DNA from: Methylococcaceae bacterium TMED69
GTDB taxonomy: Bacteria > Pseudomonadota > Gammaproteobacteria > Ga0077536
Direction of reading: 5' to 3'
Assembly (NCBI GenBank): GCA_002170535.1
Contig: NHDW01000004.1
Coordinates: 186,190 to 250,189 of the forward strand
Length of the DNA stretch: 64,000 nucleotides
In this document: positions 10,128 to 21,035 of the stretch, piece by piece
Position numbering within the stretch: position 1 is the stretch's first letter
Layout: each line of letters opens with the position of its first letter
Notes under the pieces: generated by a model
Databases searched by the model: none
Told to the model about the DNA's origin: nothing
The model's input: only the letters and a program-made list of their open reading frames with translations
Made by a program: the position numbers and the translations under genes

Positions 10128-10694
10128 CGATTCAGTCATGAAATCTACGGCATTTCTAACCTCATTGTCGGACAGATCAGGCCTTCCACCTTTAGCTGGC
10201 ATTACTCCAGCCTTACCGATGTACCCGTTAATTGCATTCGCATATAGTTTTTCGTCACCCTTTACTACTCTTGATTTCCAAGCGACGCTGTCACCAAATT
10301 TCGGTGCGCCTGCTACTCCGGCTCCGTGACAAACTGCACATGCGGCTTCGTAGACCTCTTTCCCGGTTTTGCTAACATTTGCTGAAACAGCGGCCGTTAG
10401 GTCTGGCTCCTTTGTAACGTTAATCGGTTTAACTTGATCAGTAACTACACTGCTTGATTCAATAGAGTCAGGTATTAAACTTGGTACTGAACTGACTAAC
10501 AGTTGTTTGCCCGTAGTGTTTTGCCGGCCGACAGTTTGTATTCTTTCAATAATATTTTGGCTTACAACCTCATCTTCTTCGGCATTGTCTGCAACAATCT
10601 GAGCTAAAACAAAAGCTAGTAATCCTGTAACAGTAAGGCCTAATATTAATAATGTGAAAATATGTATAAAGGAAGTATCGTTCGTGTTGTTCAT
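10119..10694 (-). CDS. membrane-anchored monohaem cytochrome c (c5-like)
   Basis: N-terminal TM helix, long linker, C-terminal CAVCHGAG haem-binding motif; track start 10781 is a TTG, ATG at 10694 more likely. Confidence 0.7.
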   Translation of the reverse strand: MNNTNDTSFIHIFTLLILGLTVTGLLAFVLAQIVADNAEEDEVVSQNIIERIQTVGRQNTTGKQLLVSSVPSLIPDSIESSSVVTDQVKPINVTKEPDLTAAVSANVSKTGKEVYEAACAVCHGAGVAGAPKFGDSVAWKSRVVKGDEKLYANAINGYIGKAGVMPAKGGRPDLSDNEVRNAVDFMTESSL

Positions 10695-10790
10695 AGTAAA
10701 GTATTGTTTATTGCTAAATTTACGTTTGAGTCGCTGGTTTAGATTGGCTTTATTATAACTAATTTCACTTTTCTTTGGCAAAATTAATCC

Positions 10791-10818
10791 AAAAAAAAGC
10801 CAACGAATGTTGGCTTTT
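10791..10818 (-). terminator. rho-independent terminator downstream of the PstS-like gene
   Basis: GCCAAC-GAAU-GUUGGC hairpin flanked by A8 / U-rich tracts. Confidence 0.6.
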
Positions 10819-10840
10819 AATTTTTATTGCTTAAAGATTT

Positions 10841-11806
10841 TTAAATTTGAGAAAGATATTTTGTTACTACACTTTCACTCAAAGGAATATAACCATCTTT
10901 AATCACGACGTCTTGACCTTCTTTTGAGAGAATCATTTTGAGAAATTCTTTCTCGATAGGTGTTAAATCTTTATTAGGAGCTTTATTCACGTATACCCAA
11001 AGAAATCTTCCTAATGGATATTTCCCTGAAACAGCCGCCTCTGGAGTCGCGGGAATGAAACCAGAACCTTTTTTGGAGAGAGCTACGGTCTTTACGCCCG
11101 AGGTTTTATAGCCAATCCCTGAATAACCAATGCCATTTACAGATTTTGTTACTCCTTGAACTACTGATGCAGACCCTGGTTGTTCGTTAACGCTATTTTT
11201 ATAATCGCCTTTACAAAGAGCTTTTTTCTTAAAGTAGCCGTAGGTTCCAGAGACCGAGTTTCTTCCGTAAAGCTGTATCTGCTGAGACGCTAAACTTCCC
11301 TTAACGCCGGCATCACCCCAAGTGATAATGTCACTCTTACCACCACACTTTCGAGTTGCAGAAAAAATAGCATCAACTTGCTTAATGTCCAGTCCTTTAA
11401 TCGGATTATCCTTGTGCACAAATACCGCTAGTGCGTCGATTGCTACAGGAATAGGGGTAGCTTTATAACCATATTTTGCTTCAAAAGCTTCTGATTCCTT
11501 AGATTTCATTTTTCGACTCATTGGGCCAAAATTTGAAGTCCCTTCTATGAGAGCGGGTGGTGCGGTTGAAGAGCCAGCAGCCTGAATTTGCACATTGACG
11601 CTTGGGTAGAATTTTCTGAATGATTCAGCCCATAGTGTCATCAAATTGGCAAGGGTATCTGAACCCACACTAGAGAGATTACCAGAAACCCCTTCAACTT
11701 TTTGATATTGTTTAATGTTTGGGTCTACTTCTAATGCTACGTTGCTTAGTGAAAAGCAGCAAAGCATTGCGAATGCGAGAATTTTTAATTTTTTCAATTT
11801 AATCAC
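10841..11806 (-). CDS. PstS-family phosphate-binding periplasmic protein (orphan, no pstCAB adjacent)
   Basis: Signal peptide plus PBP-like domain with PstS-like blocks ([21 protein letters not shown]); GTG/TTG start, exact N-terminus uncertain. Confidence 0.75.
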   Translation of the reverse strand: MIKLKKLKILAFAMLCCFSLSNVALEVDPNIKQYQKVEGVSGNLSSVGSDTLANLMTLWAESFRKFYPSVNVQIQAAGSSTAPPALIEGTSNFGPMSRKMKSKESEAFEAKYGYKATPIPVAIDALAVFVHKDNPIKGLDIKQVDAIFSATRKCGGKSDIITWGDAGVKGSLASQQIQLYGRNSVSGTYGYFKKKALCKGDYKNSVNEQPGSASVVQGVTKSVNGIGYSGIGYKTSGVKTVALSKKGSGFIPATPEAAVSGKYPLGRFLWVYVNKAPNKDLTPIEKEFLKMILSKEGQDVVIKDGYIPLSESVVTKYLSQI

Positions 11807-11865
11807 CTTAATAATTAATAATTTAAACCGGACCTTAAAACTATCGGTAATTTATTACAGATTCG

Positions 11866-12519
11866 TTACAATTTTGATTTGCGGTTAGGATTATTTTTGA
11901 TGTTTTTTTTGGCTAGATAATCTATGACTTCAATCAGTTTTTTATAACTGCCAGCCATTCTGGGGGAACTTGCGTATTCACCTCCTACTATGATTGCGGG
12001 CACTCCTCGTATTCCAGAGCTTTTAGTAATGGCCATTGCTTTTTTTACTTGCAAATCGGTTTTAAAAGAACTGAAGGATTTTTCAAATTCGTTTCTTGGT
12101 ATACCTATATCGGAGGCAAATTTTATTAACTTGCTTTTTGTGTAGACCTTCTTTCTATCGACATGGATCGCTTTAAATAAATTTTCATGGAGTGTATCAA
12201 AGTAGCCAACATTTTGGGCTGAATAAAAAGCTTTGGCATGCGGAATCCAGTTTTTTGAAAAAACAGCTGGCACTTGTGTTAGATTTACTTTTTTGTCGTT
12301 TTGGTTGACCCATCTTTTTAAGTATGGCTCAAATTCAAAACAATGAGGACATCCGTACCAGAACAGTTCAACGATTTCTAATTTACTAGAGTCGTTTACT
12401 TCTTTAAGTGGTGGCTCGAGTTTTTCGTAATGCACTCCTTCTGCGAACTCACCTTTTGCATTCGATATAAACAAAAGTGCAATTATCAATGGAATAAAGT
12501 ATTGCATAATTTTTTGCAT
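11866..12519 (-). CDS. dsbA: thiol:disulfide interchange protein DsbA
   Basis: Signal peptide, WYGCPHCFEFEP active-site CPHC motif, ~200 aa. Confidence 0.85.
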   Translation of the reverse strand: MQKIMQYFIPLIIALLFISNAKGEFAEGVHYEKLEPPLKEVNDSSKLEIVELFWYGCPHCFEFEPYLKRWVNQNDKKVNLTQVPAVFSKNWIPHAKAFYSAQNVGYFDTLHENLFKAIHVDRKKVYTKSKLIKFASDIGIPRNEFEKSFSSFKTDLQVKKAMAITKSSGIRGVPAIIVGGEYASSPRMAGSYKKLIEVIDYLAKKNIKNNPNRKSKL

Positions 12520-12527
12520 TTCGTTGA

Positions 12528-13100
12528 TTAATAAAGTGAAGAAATATACTCTGATAAGTCGTTGATCTCGTTGCTTGATAGCATAGCTGAAATTGAATTC
12601 ATCATATTATGCTTCCGGGTTCCGTTTTTGTAGTTATTAAGCTGAGAGGCTGTATACATTGCATGCTGTCCTCTTAAAGCTGGATACTTTGCGGGGCTGT
12701 TCCCCGCACCATTCGGACCATGGCAAGACATACATGCGGGTATACCTTTTTCTGGATTTCCACCTCTATATAGTTTTTGTCCAGAAATATTTATTTCTGC
12801 AACTGAAGATATTTTAATGGGCATCTTTGAATAATAATCTGCTATTTCCCACATGTCTTTTTCTGAAAGGGAGTTAGCTATTGGCCACATTATAGCGTTA
12901 TTTCTTGCCTTTGATTTAAAAGCAGCTAGTTGTTGATATGTATATTCTGCTCCTTGGCCAGCCAGATTAGGCCAAATTGGGTTTACACTATTTCCATCAG
13001 TACCATGGCAAGCGGTGCAAACCGCTACTTTGCCATCGCTAGCAACTGCCACTACCGATTGGAAAATTAAAATTATTGTAAATATAATGCTCCGTTTCAT
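12528..13100 (-). CDS. dihaem cytochrome c4
   Basis: Signal peptide plus two CxxCH motifs (CTACHG, CMSCHG); cc4-dsbA next to engB as in Pseudomonas; ATG at 13100 preferred over track start. Confidence 0.8.
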   Translation of the reverse strand: MKRSIIFTIILIFQSVVAVASDGKVAVCTACHGTDGNSVNPIWPNLAGQGAEYTYQQLAAFKSKARNNAIMWPIANSLSEKDMWEIADYYSKMPIKISSVAEINISGQKLYRGGNPEKGIPACMSCHGPNGAGNSPAKYPALRGQHAMYTASQLNNYKNGTRKHNMMNSISAMLSSNEINDLSEYISSLY

Positions 13101-13212
13101 ATCTTCTTCTCGATGAAATAATCTTTCTTGTTTATTATACACTTGTAAATACAAATTTTCTTTAGGTTTATTACGAATGTTTTTAAGTGACAGCGCATCA
13201 AGAATTTATTAA

Positions 13213-13848
13213 ATGTATCAAAATCAAAATATACTGAAGTATTTTCAACAGGCTCAGTTTTTAACGAGCGTCCCCAATTTCTCGCTTTTACCAGCCGATA
13301 GTGGCTCGGAGGTAGTCTTTGTTGGACGTTCTAATAGTGGTAAATCTTCAACAATTAATTCTCTATGTTCGAGAAAAAATCTTGCTCGAACCAGTCGAAC
13401 ACCAGGACGAACCCAGCAATTTAACTGTTTTAATCTAGAAGCGGATCGCCGATTAGTTGATGTTCCTGGATTTGGCTACGCTAAGGTGTCTAGGGCAATA
13501 AGAACACGATGGGAAAAAGAAATGTCGACCTACCTTCAATACAGAAAATCTTTAAAGGGATTGGTTCTGACAATGGACATTAGGCATCCTATGAGAGAGG
13601 TTGAACAAAGTATTTTAACCTGGTCAACAGAGGCTCAGCTTCCAACGGTTGTACTATTAAATAAATCTGATAAAACAAAACGAAACTATAATATAGCAAC
13701 GTTGTCAAAAGTTAAGGATTATTTCCGAGAAATCGACAAGAATTACGAATCAAATATTATAATTTTTTCTGCAAAATTTGGGAATGGACTAGATGATCTA
13801 GCTTCTCTGCTAATCCGATGGCTTGATAAAAATCAAATTGATTTTTAA
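13213..13848 (+). CDS. engB: ribosome biogenesis GTP-binding protein YihA/EngB
   Basis: GRSNSGKSS G1 motif, DVPGFGYA G3, NKSDK G4; divergent from the cc4-dsbA block. Confidence 0.85.
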   Translation: MYQNQNILKYFQQAQFLTSVPNFSLLPADSGSEVVFVGRSNSGKSSTINSLCSRKNLARTSRTPGRTQQFNCFNLEADRRLVDVPGFGYAKVSRAIRTRWEKEMSTYLQYRKSLKGLVLTMDIRHPMREVEQSILTWSTEAQLPTVVLLNKSDKTKRNYNIATLSKVKDYFREIDKNYESNIIIFSAKFGNGLDDLASLLIRWLDKNQIDF

Positions 13849-13875
13849 TGTCAAAGAGGATTCGGTTTGATTAGC

Positions 13876-14643
13876 TCAAAATTCTATTGATGCCAATACG
13901 GGAGTATGGTCAGATGGTTTTTCCCATCCCCTAGGAGCAGGGTCAATCCAACAGTCGTAGCTTAACTGGTTCTTACTATGAGCTAGAATCAGGTCAATTC
14001 TCAGTCCTCTATTTCTCCTAAAGCTCGCTGCTCTGTAATCCCACCAGCTGAAGGCTTGTAAAGTTTTATTTGTATGTCTGAATAAATCAATGAATCCTAT
14101 TGATTTCAGTTTTTCGATGTATTTCCTCTCTGTTGGAGTGCATAATATTTTGTCTTCCCATTCTTCAGGATCATGTACATCTAAATCATCAGGTGCAATG
14201 TTAAAATCACCAAGAAGAAATACGTTCTCAAATTCCTCGCATCTTTCCGTGATCCAATTGCTAAATGAATTGAGCCACCTTAACTTGTAATGGAATTTTT
14301 CACTTCCCACGGAAGACCCATTTGGCACATACATATTAACAAATAAAGATTCATCCTTTGTAATCGCAATTAACCGCTTTTGTTCGTCATCTAACCCCTT
14401 TAATTCTTTGCAAAACAGCTTTGCCTGATTATTAAACAATATGCAAACACCATTGTATGACTTTTGACCCGTAAACTCTGCTTGGAAACCAAGTTCAGAG
14501 AATACTTCTTCGGGAAAATCAGCGTCCTGTACTTTAGTTTCCTGTAGGCACAAGATATTTACAGTATTTTTTTCTAACCATAATTTGAGGTGGTCGAGCC
14601 TTGACCTAATTGAATTAACATTCCAGGTAGCGATAGTGGTCAT
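13876..14643 (-). CDS. xthA: exodeoxyribonuclease III
   Basis: 255 aa; N-terminal ATWNVNSIRSR and QETK motifs typical of Xth family AP endonucleases. Confidence 0.9.
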   Translation of the reverse strand: MTTIATWNVNSIRSRLDHLKLWLEKNTVNILCLQETKVQDADFPEEVFSELGFQAEFTGQKSYNGVCILFNNQAKLFCKELKGLDDEQKRLIAITKDESLFVNMYVPNGSSVGSEKFHYKLRWLNSFSNWITERCEEFENVFLLGDFNIAPDDLDVHDPEEWEDKILCTPTERKYIEKLKSIGFIDLFRHTNKTLQAFSWWDYRAASFRRNRGLRIDLILAHSKNQLSYDCWIDPAPRGWEKPSDHTPVLASIEF

Positions 14644-14659
14644 AAATGATTTCTACTTT

Positions 14660-15400
14660 TTATCCTTTACAAGCATTGCAATCTGGATCTTTTTTTAGCT
14701 TTAGGGTCGTCCATTCTACTAACTGGGAATCATAAAGCAAGAGTCTTCCATCTAATGTTGTGCCAAAATCAGCAATAATTTTTAAGGTTTCAATAACCTG
14801 CATACTCGCTATGACACCTAATAAAGGCGATAAAATGCCATTTGTTGAACAGTTGTCTTCCAAATCAAAATTGGAAGAGTCAAAAAGACAATGGTAGCAC
14901 GGCGAATCCGGCTTCAGATTAAATACGCTTATTTGCCCCTCAAAACGCACTGCGGCTCCTGAAACAAGAGGAATTTTATTTTTAAGTGATAGCTCGTTTA
15001 AAAAAAAACGTGTTTCGAAATTGTCACTTGCGTCAATAAAGACATTAGCATCTTGTATTAACTCTGTTGAGCATTTTTGTACTTTTTCAATACAGGTATC
15101 TATCTTGACGAGTGGGTTAAGCTTCTGTAAGAATTTTTGTGCTATCAGGGCTTTTTTCTTTCCGATATCTTCTGTTTGAAAAATAATTTGACGTTGAAGA
15201 TTAGAAATTTCTACTTCGTCGTGATCGATTAAAACGATTCGCCCAATACCAGACGATGCCAAATACATTGAAATGACCGAACCAAGCCCTCCTAGACCGA
15301 TAAGAACAGCTTTAGAGCTGTTGATTTTTTCTTGACCCTCTATATCTATTTGGGGAAGTAAAATATGTCTGCTGTACCTAAGTAACTCGTTGTCTTTCAA
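14660..15400 (-). CDS. moeB: ThiF/MoeB-family adenylyltransferase (molybdopterin-synthase adenylyltransferase-like)
   Basis: GLGGLGS nucleotide-binding motif, two C-terminal CxxC pairs; complete ORF with no in-frame stop. Confidence 0.8.
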   Translation of the reverse strand: MKDNELLRYSRHILLPQIDIEGQEKINSSKAVLIGLGGLGSVISMYLASSGIGRIVLIDHDEVEISNLQRQIIFQTEDIGKKKALIAQKFLQKLNPLVKIDTCIEKVQKCSTELIQDANVFIDASDNFETRFFLNELSLKNKIPLVSGAAVRFEGQISVFNLKPDSPCYHCLFDSSNFDLEDNCSTNGILSPLLGVIASMQVIETLKIIADFGTTLDGRLLLYDSQLVEWTTLKLKKDPDCNACKG

Positions 15401-15422
15401 AAATCATCCTTTCTAAAACGAT

Positions 15423-16265
15423 TTAATATTTCTGCCATCCAATAGTCACACGTTCGGATTTGTTAAGGTCGCGAAATGTATTAATTCGGTTGAACCCGTT
15501 CTTCTTTAAATGAGACCTAACCAGCCCTGCTTGCGTCTCACCATGTTCTAAAAGTATTTTACCTTTCCTGGTAAGAAACCTTGGAGCTTTAGAGATAATT
15601 TTTTCGAGGTCAAAAAATCCTTTATTACGACTGTAAAGACTTATATTTGGTTCAAAACGAATACTATCAGATAACGATTTATCGATAGTATTGCTTACAT
15701 AGGGTGGGTTACTTATAACCATATGAAAAAAATTTTCCATTCCGATAGGTGAAAACCAATCACCCACGCAGAGGTTTACGTTTGTAATTGTCAAATCATT
15801 GAGGTTTTTTTGGGCAACTCTTATTGCGTCTCGGCTCAACTCGATGGCTACAATTAGGGCTTCGGGTCTTTCTTTTGCAATTGAGGCTGCAATATTTCCA
15901 GAGCCAGTGCCTAATTCTAAAATATTAATTCTTGATGATGTTTTGGACTCTTCGAGAGCCAAATCAACAAGTATTTCGGTTTCTGGGCGAGGAACAAGAA
16001 CAGATTGGTCCACGAAGAAGTTAAGTGATCGGAATTCTTTATGGTTCAGCAAGTAGGCGACAGGCACACCGATTGATCTTTTTTTTATTAATTCGAAGAA
16101 ACTTGATATTTGTTTATCTGTCGTAATCTCATTAAGTCTACAGTAAAGTTGTTCCCGATCCATTTGAAGTATGGAGCATAGGAGTAGTTCGGAGTCGAGT
16201 TGAGCTGATTGAGAATTACTAAGTTCTAATGCTCCGTTTTTTATTAGTTTTTTGATTGTAAGCAT
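15423..16265 (-). CDS. prmC: release factor glutamine methyltransferase PrmC (HemK)
   Basis: NPPY motif (ISNPPYVSN), SAM-binding GTGSG; downstream of prfA. Confidence 0.85.
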   Translation of the reverse strand: MLTIKKLIKNGALELSNSQSAQLDSELLLCSILQMDREQLYCRLNEITTDKQISSFFELIKKRSIGVPVAYLLNHKEFRSLNFFVDQSVLVPRPETEILVDLALEESKTSSRINILELGTGSGNIAASIAKERPEALIVAIELSRDAIRVAQKNLNDLTITNVNLCVGDWFSPIGMENFFHMVISNPPYVSNTIDKSLSDSIRFEPNISLYSRNKGFFDLEKIISKAPRFLTRKGKILLEHGETQAGLVRSHLKKNGFNRINTFRDLNKSERVTIGWQKY

Positions 16266-16270
16266 AACAT

Positions 16271-17359
16271 TCAGTTTTTTTCAGTAATATTCGACATTAA
16301 ATTTAATTGATGTTCCTCCTGCAATGGGTTGATTACCATCTCTAGTTCCCCATCAAGAATTTGTTCGATCTTATAAAGTGTCAAATTAACTCTATGGTCT
16401 GTCATCCTACCTTGGGGAAAATTATATGTCCTTATGCGTTCAGACCTGTCACCACTACCTACTAGAGATTTTCGGGTATCTGCTTGTTCCCTTCTCTGTT
16501 TTTCTTTTTCATTACTTAGAAGTTTTGCATTAAGTAAACTCATAGCCCTAGCCCTATTTTTATGCTGTGACCGTTCATCTTGACATTCGATTACCGTCCC
16601 AGTGGGTAGGTGGGTTATTCGAATCGCAGAGTCTGTTTTATTAACGTGTTGGCCCCCTGCGCCGGATGCTCGATAGGTGTCTATCCGCAGGTCGCTTTGA
16701 TTAATTTCTATACTATTTACTTCAGAAACTTCCGGTAGTACAGCTACGGTGCAAGCGGACGTGTGGACACGACCTTGTGATTCAGTTTCTGGGACTCTCT
16801 GAACCCGATGAGCTCCAGACTCAAATTTAAGCTTAGAATAGACATCTTTGCCTGAAATCTTGCAGACAATCTCTTTGAATCCTCCAATCTCCCCTTCGCT
16901 TTTTGAAATTATTTCTGCTTTCCATTTTTGTCTTTCAGAGAATTTCAGATACATCCTTAGTAAGTCATTAACAAAAAGCGCGGCTTCATCCCCCCCTGTA
17001 CCGGCTCGTATTTCTAAAAATATATTTGCTTGGTCGTCGGGGTCGTTAGAGATGAGCATTTTTTTTAGGTTTGTTTCTAACTCAATTAGTTCATTTTTGA
17101 TTACAATTAGTTCTTCCTCCCCTAGTTTCTTAATATTAGGGTCTGAATCTAAAAGAAGCTCCTTAGCTCCAATAATGTCATTTTGTTTCTTTTTAATTAC
17201 TCTAAAACACTCGGTTATTGGAGTTAGTTCTGACAATTCCTTGGATTGTTCAATGAATTTTTGATGATTTTTAATTATTTCGGGATCTGAAAGATTCTGC
17301 TCTAATTCAATCTTTCTAGCACAAATACTGTCAAGTCTTGTCAGTAGGGCTTTTTCCAT
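16271..17359 (-). CDS. prfA: peptide chain release factor 1
   Basis: GGQ motif (SGAGGQHVN) and RF1 PxT-type decoding region; hemA-prfA-prmC operon. Confidence 0.95.
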   Translation of the reverse strand: MEKALLTRLDSICARKIELEQNLSDPEIIKNHQKFIEQSKELSELTPITECFRVIKKKQNDIIGAKELLLDSDPNIKKLGEEELIVIKNELIELETNLKKMLISNDPDDQANIFLEIRAGTGGDEAALFVNDLLRMYLKFSERQKWKAEIISKSEGEIGGFKEIVCKISGKDVYSKLKFESGAHRVQRVPETESQGRVHTSACTVAVLPEVSEVNSIEINQSDLRIDTYRASGAGGQHVNKTDSAIRITHLPTGTVIECQDERSQHKNRARAMSLLNAKLLSNEKEKQRREQADTRKSLVGSGDRSERIRTYNFPQGRMTDHRVNLTLYKIEQILDGELEMVINPLQEEHQLNLMSNITEKN

Positions 17360-17363
17360 TTTT

Positions 17364-18620
17364 TTATCGACTTTCTACATCGATGCCAAGTATATCGATT
17401 GCTTTGCTCAATACTTCTGCCTCGTCGGCATATTCTTTGAGTTTTGACGTTGGGGTATGGATTAATTTTCTACTTAACCTTTTACCCATCGTTCGTATAA
17501 CTTTTTCTACATCTGAGCCTTTTCTAAGTTCTTTTAAAGCAATTTCAATTTCTTTATTACTAAGGTCTTCTGCTTGAGCACGATAGCAGTTAATAAATTG
17601 ATTGATGCTTTGAATTTTTTCCCATTCCAAAAAATCTGAGGTTTTGAAATTTACTATTTCTTCAGCTTCGATTGATGCTGCGGATCTGGCGCCAATATTT
17701 GATTCGACTATAATTTTTAGGTCATCTATGGTGTACAAGAACGATGATTCAAGAGACCCAACGCTTTCTTCAATATTCCTTGGAACACCTAAATCGACAA
17801 AAAATATTGGACGCCCTTTTCTTTTTTTAATTGATAATTTTGCAATATCCAAACTGATAATAGGTTTTCTCGTGGTAACTGAAGAAATTACAATATCCGC
17901 TAACTGTAAAAATTTTGGAATATCGGTCAGTTCAATCGTGTCACCACCGCACACCTTCGTGACTAACTCTGATTTAGTTCTTGTTCGATTGGCAACGTAT
18001 ATCTTACCTATATTAGTTTGGCTAAGATGTCGTGCGACCAAAGTTGTTGTTTGACCGGCTCCTACGATCAGGGCAGTTGAATTCGCGAGGTCACCATGTA
18101 TTTGTTGAGCTAATTTGGTAGCAGCAAACGCAACGGAGACGGGAGATTGCCCTATTTCTGTCTTTGTGCGGATAATTTTTGAAGTGGTAAAGGCATCTTG
18201 CATTAATTTATTTATGAATTTTCCTGCCGTGCCAACTTCCAGCGCAACTTTATAAGCTTTTTTCAATTGTCCAAGAATCTGAGGCTCGCCCACAACAAGC
18301 GAGTCAAGACCACTTCCGACTCTTAATGCATGTCTAACCGCATATTCGTTGCTGAGACTGTAGAAATGCGGCTTTAAAGTATCTATGTCTAGATTCAAAT
18401 AATATGCTAGCCATCTTATGGGTTTTTCTTCAAGGCCCGTATCTAATTTACAGTACAATTCGGTCCTGTTACACGTTGAAACAATCATGGACTCATCTAT
18501 GCCATCGATTGCGTTTAATTGGGGCAATGCTTTCTTTAATTCATTTGAATCGAATGATAGCAACTCTCTTATCTGAATTGGGGCAGTTTTATGGCTTAGC
18601 CCTTGGACAAGTAAACTCAT
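17364..18620 (-). CDS. hemA: glutamyl-tRNA reductase
   Basis: 418 aa, HemA N-terminal catalytic domain plus NADP-binding region; canonical position. Confidence 0.9.
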   Translation of the reverse strand: MSLLVQGLSHKTAPIQIRELLSFDSNELKKALPQLNAIDGIDESMIVSTCNRTELYCKLDTGLEEKPIRWLAYYLNLDIDTLKPHFYSLSNEYAVRHALRVGSGLDSLVVGEPQILGQLKKAYKVALEVGTAGKFINKLMQDAFTTSKIIRTKTEIGQSPVSVAFAATKLAQQIHGDLANSTALIVGAGQTTTLVARHLSQTNIGKIYVANRTRTKSELVTKVCGGDTIELTDIPKFLQLADIVISSVTTRKPIISLDIAKLSIKKRKGRPIFFVDLGVPRNIEESVGSLESSFLYTIDDLKIIVESNIGARSAASIEAEEIVNFKTSDFLEWEKIQSINQFINCYRAQAEDLSNKEIEIALKELRKGSDVEKVIRTMGKRLSRKLIHTPTSKLKEYADEAEVLSKAIDILGIDVESR

Positions 18621-18813
18621 GGTTGTTTTTTTAAAAATAAAACCTCAGGGTTAATTATAAGTTATTTCTAGTATTTATTACTATAGCTACCTTGTATATT
18701 GTCAGATTCTCATAAATCGGGAGGTTTGGCTAAATTCTTGAGCCCAAGTCGGTGATAATTTATTCTAGAACAAGTAAATTAGCAGGAAATAAGAATTGAG
18801 AACATCTATTTTA

Positions 18814-20463
18814 ATGAATAAGTTTATTTATTTTTCTTCAATTCTTTCTGCTTTGCCACTGATTTTTATGTTTATAATGCTCGGTCAGCCTGTATCGCCA
18901 AATGCAACTGGGTTGAGTACGACCGATTCTCAAAAACAGTTTAGAAACTCCTGGCTATATTTAATTATGTCGTCGGAATATGCAAATTATTCAAAAAATT
19001 TCCGACTTGCAGCGATTGATTATCTAAAGCTCTATGAGCTAACAAAAAATGTTGATGTTCTGAATCACTTAATAAGCGCATTTATAGCTAGCGAAGATTT
19101 TGAAAATGCATTGTTATTTCTAGATGAACAACTTAGCCATCAGGAAACAGATGATTTGTTGGCACTAAAACTTGCCCTCTTATTTAAGTATGAAATAGTA
19201 ATTAAAGATAAAGCTATGGATCAAGTTTTTGATTTCCATTCCAAATTGGCTGAAAAAAAAGTCTTGGCTTATCTAGAGCTACTCAATTTTACCCCTTCCC
19301 AATATTCACTTGCTATTAATATCTTTCGTCGCGAGAGAAATAATATTTCTTTGGAAAACCCAGATGAATTTCTTCTTTACTTAATGTTGGCCAGTAATTC
19401 TTGGGACGAGGCACTATCCCAAATTAAAAAGTTTAAGGAATTTGGCTTAATACAGGCTGATAGCGCAGATATTGTTTTTAAAGAACTCTTAAAAAGAGGT
19501 TCTACCAGTGTCTTATTAAATTGGGTTGAATCCCTAGAAAGGAAGCATGGTCTCAAACCGCATTTACTGATGATGAAAGCAGAAATATTTAGGGCGCAAA
19601 GAAAGAATAACCTTGCGCTTCTCACATTAACAAATGCAGTTAAAATTTTTCCTAAAAATAATCAATTGGTTTTCGCAAAAGCAGTTTTCTTATTCGATAA
19701 TAATTTGTTGGATGAGGCTAGAAATACTCTAAATCTATTGCTAACGAATAGTTACAGGCGTAACGAGGTCTATTTTCTTCTAGGTGCTATCGCCGAAGCA
19801 GACAAGCTATACCCTAGAGCAGTTGAGCATTTGTTATCAATAACCAACTATGACCCTGATATATACTTTATCTCTCGAAAAAAAATAGCCCAATTAATGT
19901 GCTCTGCTGGTCAATTTGACGAAGCTTTGGAATTATTGAATTGGCTTCAAATAGACTTCCCAGCTAAATTTATTGAGGTCGGTCAGTTTAAAGCTGATCT
20001 CTTAATAAATAAAAATCAGTTTGAACTAGCGATGACCGTTCTTAATGATGATTTGTCAAAATTGGATTTTGATCGCGATCTTGTTTATACAAGAGCCCTT
20101 GTTGCTGATAGACTCGGTAAAATTAAGTTGCTAGAGAAGGATCTAAGAAAAATTTTATCAATTTTTCCGAATGATGCAGATGCATTAAATGCTCTTGGTT
20201 ATTCTCTTACAAATTTAACTAGTCGTTACAAAGAAGCCTATCAGCTGATAAGTAAAGCCCTTGAGATTAAGTCGGATAGTTTTTATATCCTCGATAGCAT
20301 GGGTTGGGTTTATTTTAAATTGGGAGACCTCGAGCGCTCGATTTTCTATCTTGAAAAAGCTTACGAACTAAGTCAAGACGATGAAATTACTCAACATTTG
20401 GTTGAGGCTCTGAATGCTAATGGCGATTTTGAAAAAGCCAGAATTATTTTGGAAAAATCGTGA
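18814..20463 (+). CDS. TPR-repeat protein (secreted/membrane), upstream of lolB as in Pseudomonas
   Basis: Hydrophobic N-terminus, multiple TPR-like repeats; track start 18796 is TTG, ATG at 18814 used. Confidence 0.6.
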   Translation: MNKFIYFSSILSALPLIFMFIMLGQPVSPNATGLSTTDSQKQFRNSWLYLIMSSEYANYSKNFRLAAIDYLKLYELTKNVDVLNHLISAFIASEDFENALLFLDEQLSHQETDDLLALKLALLFKYEIVIKDKAMDQVFDFHSKLAEKKVLAYLELLNFTPSQYSLAINIFRRERNNISLENPDEFLLYLMLASNSWDEALSQIKKFKEFGLIQADSADIVFKELLKRGSTSVLLNWVESLERKHGLKPHLLMMKAEIFRAQRKNNLALLTLTNAVKIFPKNNQLVFAKAVFLFDNNLLDEARNTLNLLLTNSYRRNEVYFLLGAIAEADKLYPRAVEHLLSITNYDPDIYFISRKKIAQLMCSAGQFDEALELLNWLQIDFPAKFIEVGQFKADLLINKNQFELAMTVLNDDLSKLDFDRDLVYTRALVADRLGKIKLLEKDLRKILSIFPNDADALNALGYSLTNLTSRYKEAYQLISKALEIKSDSFYILDSMGWVYFKLGDLERSIFYLEKAYELSQDDEITQHLVEALNANGDFEKARIILEKS

Positions 20464-21035
20464 GGATTCTTTTTTATATATTCTTTGTATTTATGTTTTT
20501 TGTTTTAGGGTGCTCTTCTGTTAATAAATTCCATCGAACGAAAAACGATGTGTCGCTGCAAGGAGCTGATACATCCCCCTATAACCATAATTTAAATTAT
20601 TATGGTAAAGGAAGTATAAATTACCGCGGTGAACTAATTATCTTTATATTTAGATGGATCAATCGAGAAAATATAATTTCACTAGTAATCAAAGACCCTT
20701 TTGAAATGAATGAAATACTAATTACGTTAGATAGCGGAAATGTTTCCATGGATCTTAAAAAAATCTCCTGGGGTCGGTTTCAAATTCATATAGAATCATT
20801 TAGGGATAATTCATTATCGAGAAAAGCTCTAAAGGAAGTATTGCTGTGGATAAATAAGAGCATTCATTCTGAGTTTGCAAATAAATCAGAATATTACTCT
20901 TGCCACAAAACCATAAAAAAGTTGTATTGGCAGGGTCAGATTGATGGTTGCAGTCGAAGTGGTAAAAAAATAAACTTGCAAAGGAAAGATTTAAATATCA
21001 ATCTGTTTTTTTTTAGACAAAATGGAGAAAATTGA
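20460..21035 (+). CDS. lolB: outer-membrane lipoprotein LolB-like
   Basis: Lipobox VLGC after a hydrophobic signal, ~190 aa, position between TPR protein and ispE; sequence similarity weak, call rests mainly on synteny. Confidence 0.55.
   Translation: MRILFYIFFVFMFFVLGCSSVNKFHRTKNDVSLQGADTSPYNHNLNYYGKGSINYRGELIIFIFRWINRENIISLVIKDPFEMNEILITLDSGNVSMDLKKISWGRFQIHIESFRDNSLSRKALKEVLLWINKSIHSEFANKSEYYSCHKTIKKLYWQGQIDGCSRSGKKINLQRKDLNINLFFFRQNGEN

Noticed and set aside
14660-15400. MoeB/ThiF gene as a possible third selenoprotein (Sec-MoeB is known in some bacteria)
   Set aside because: ORF is complete with both CxxC pairs encoded as Cys and no in-frame TGA.
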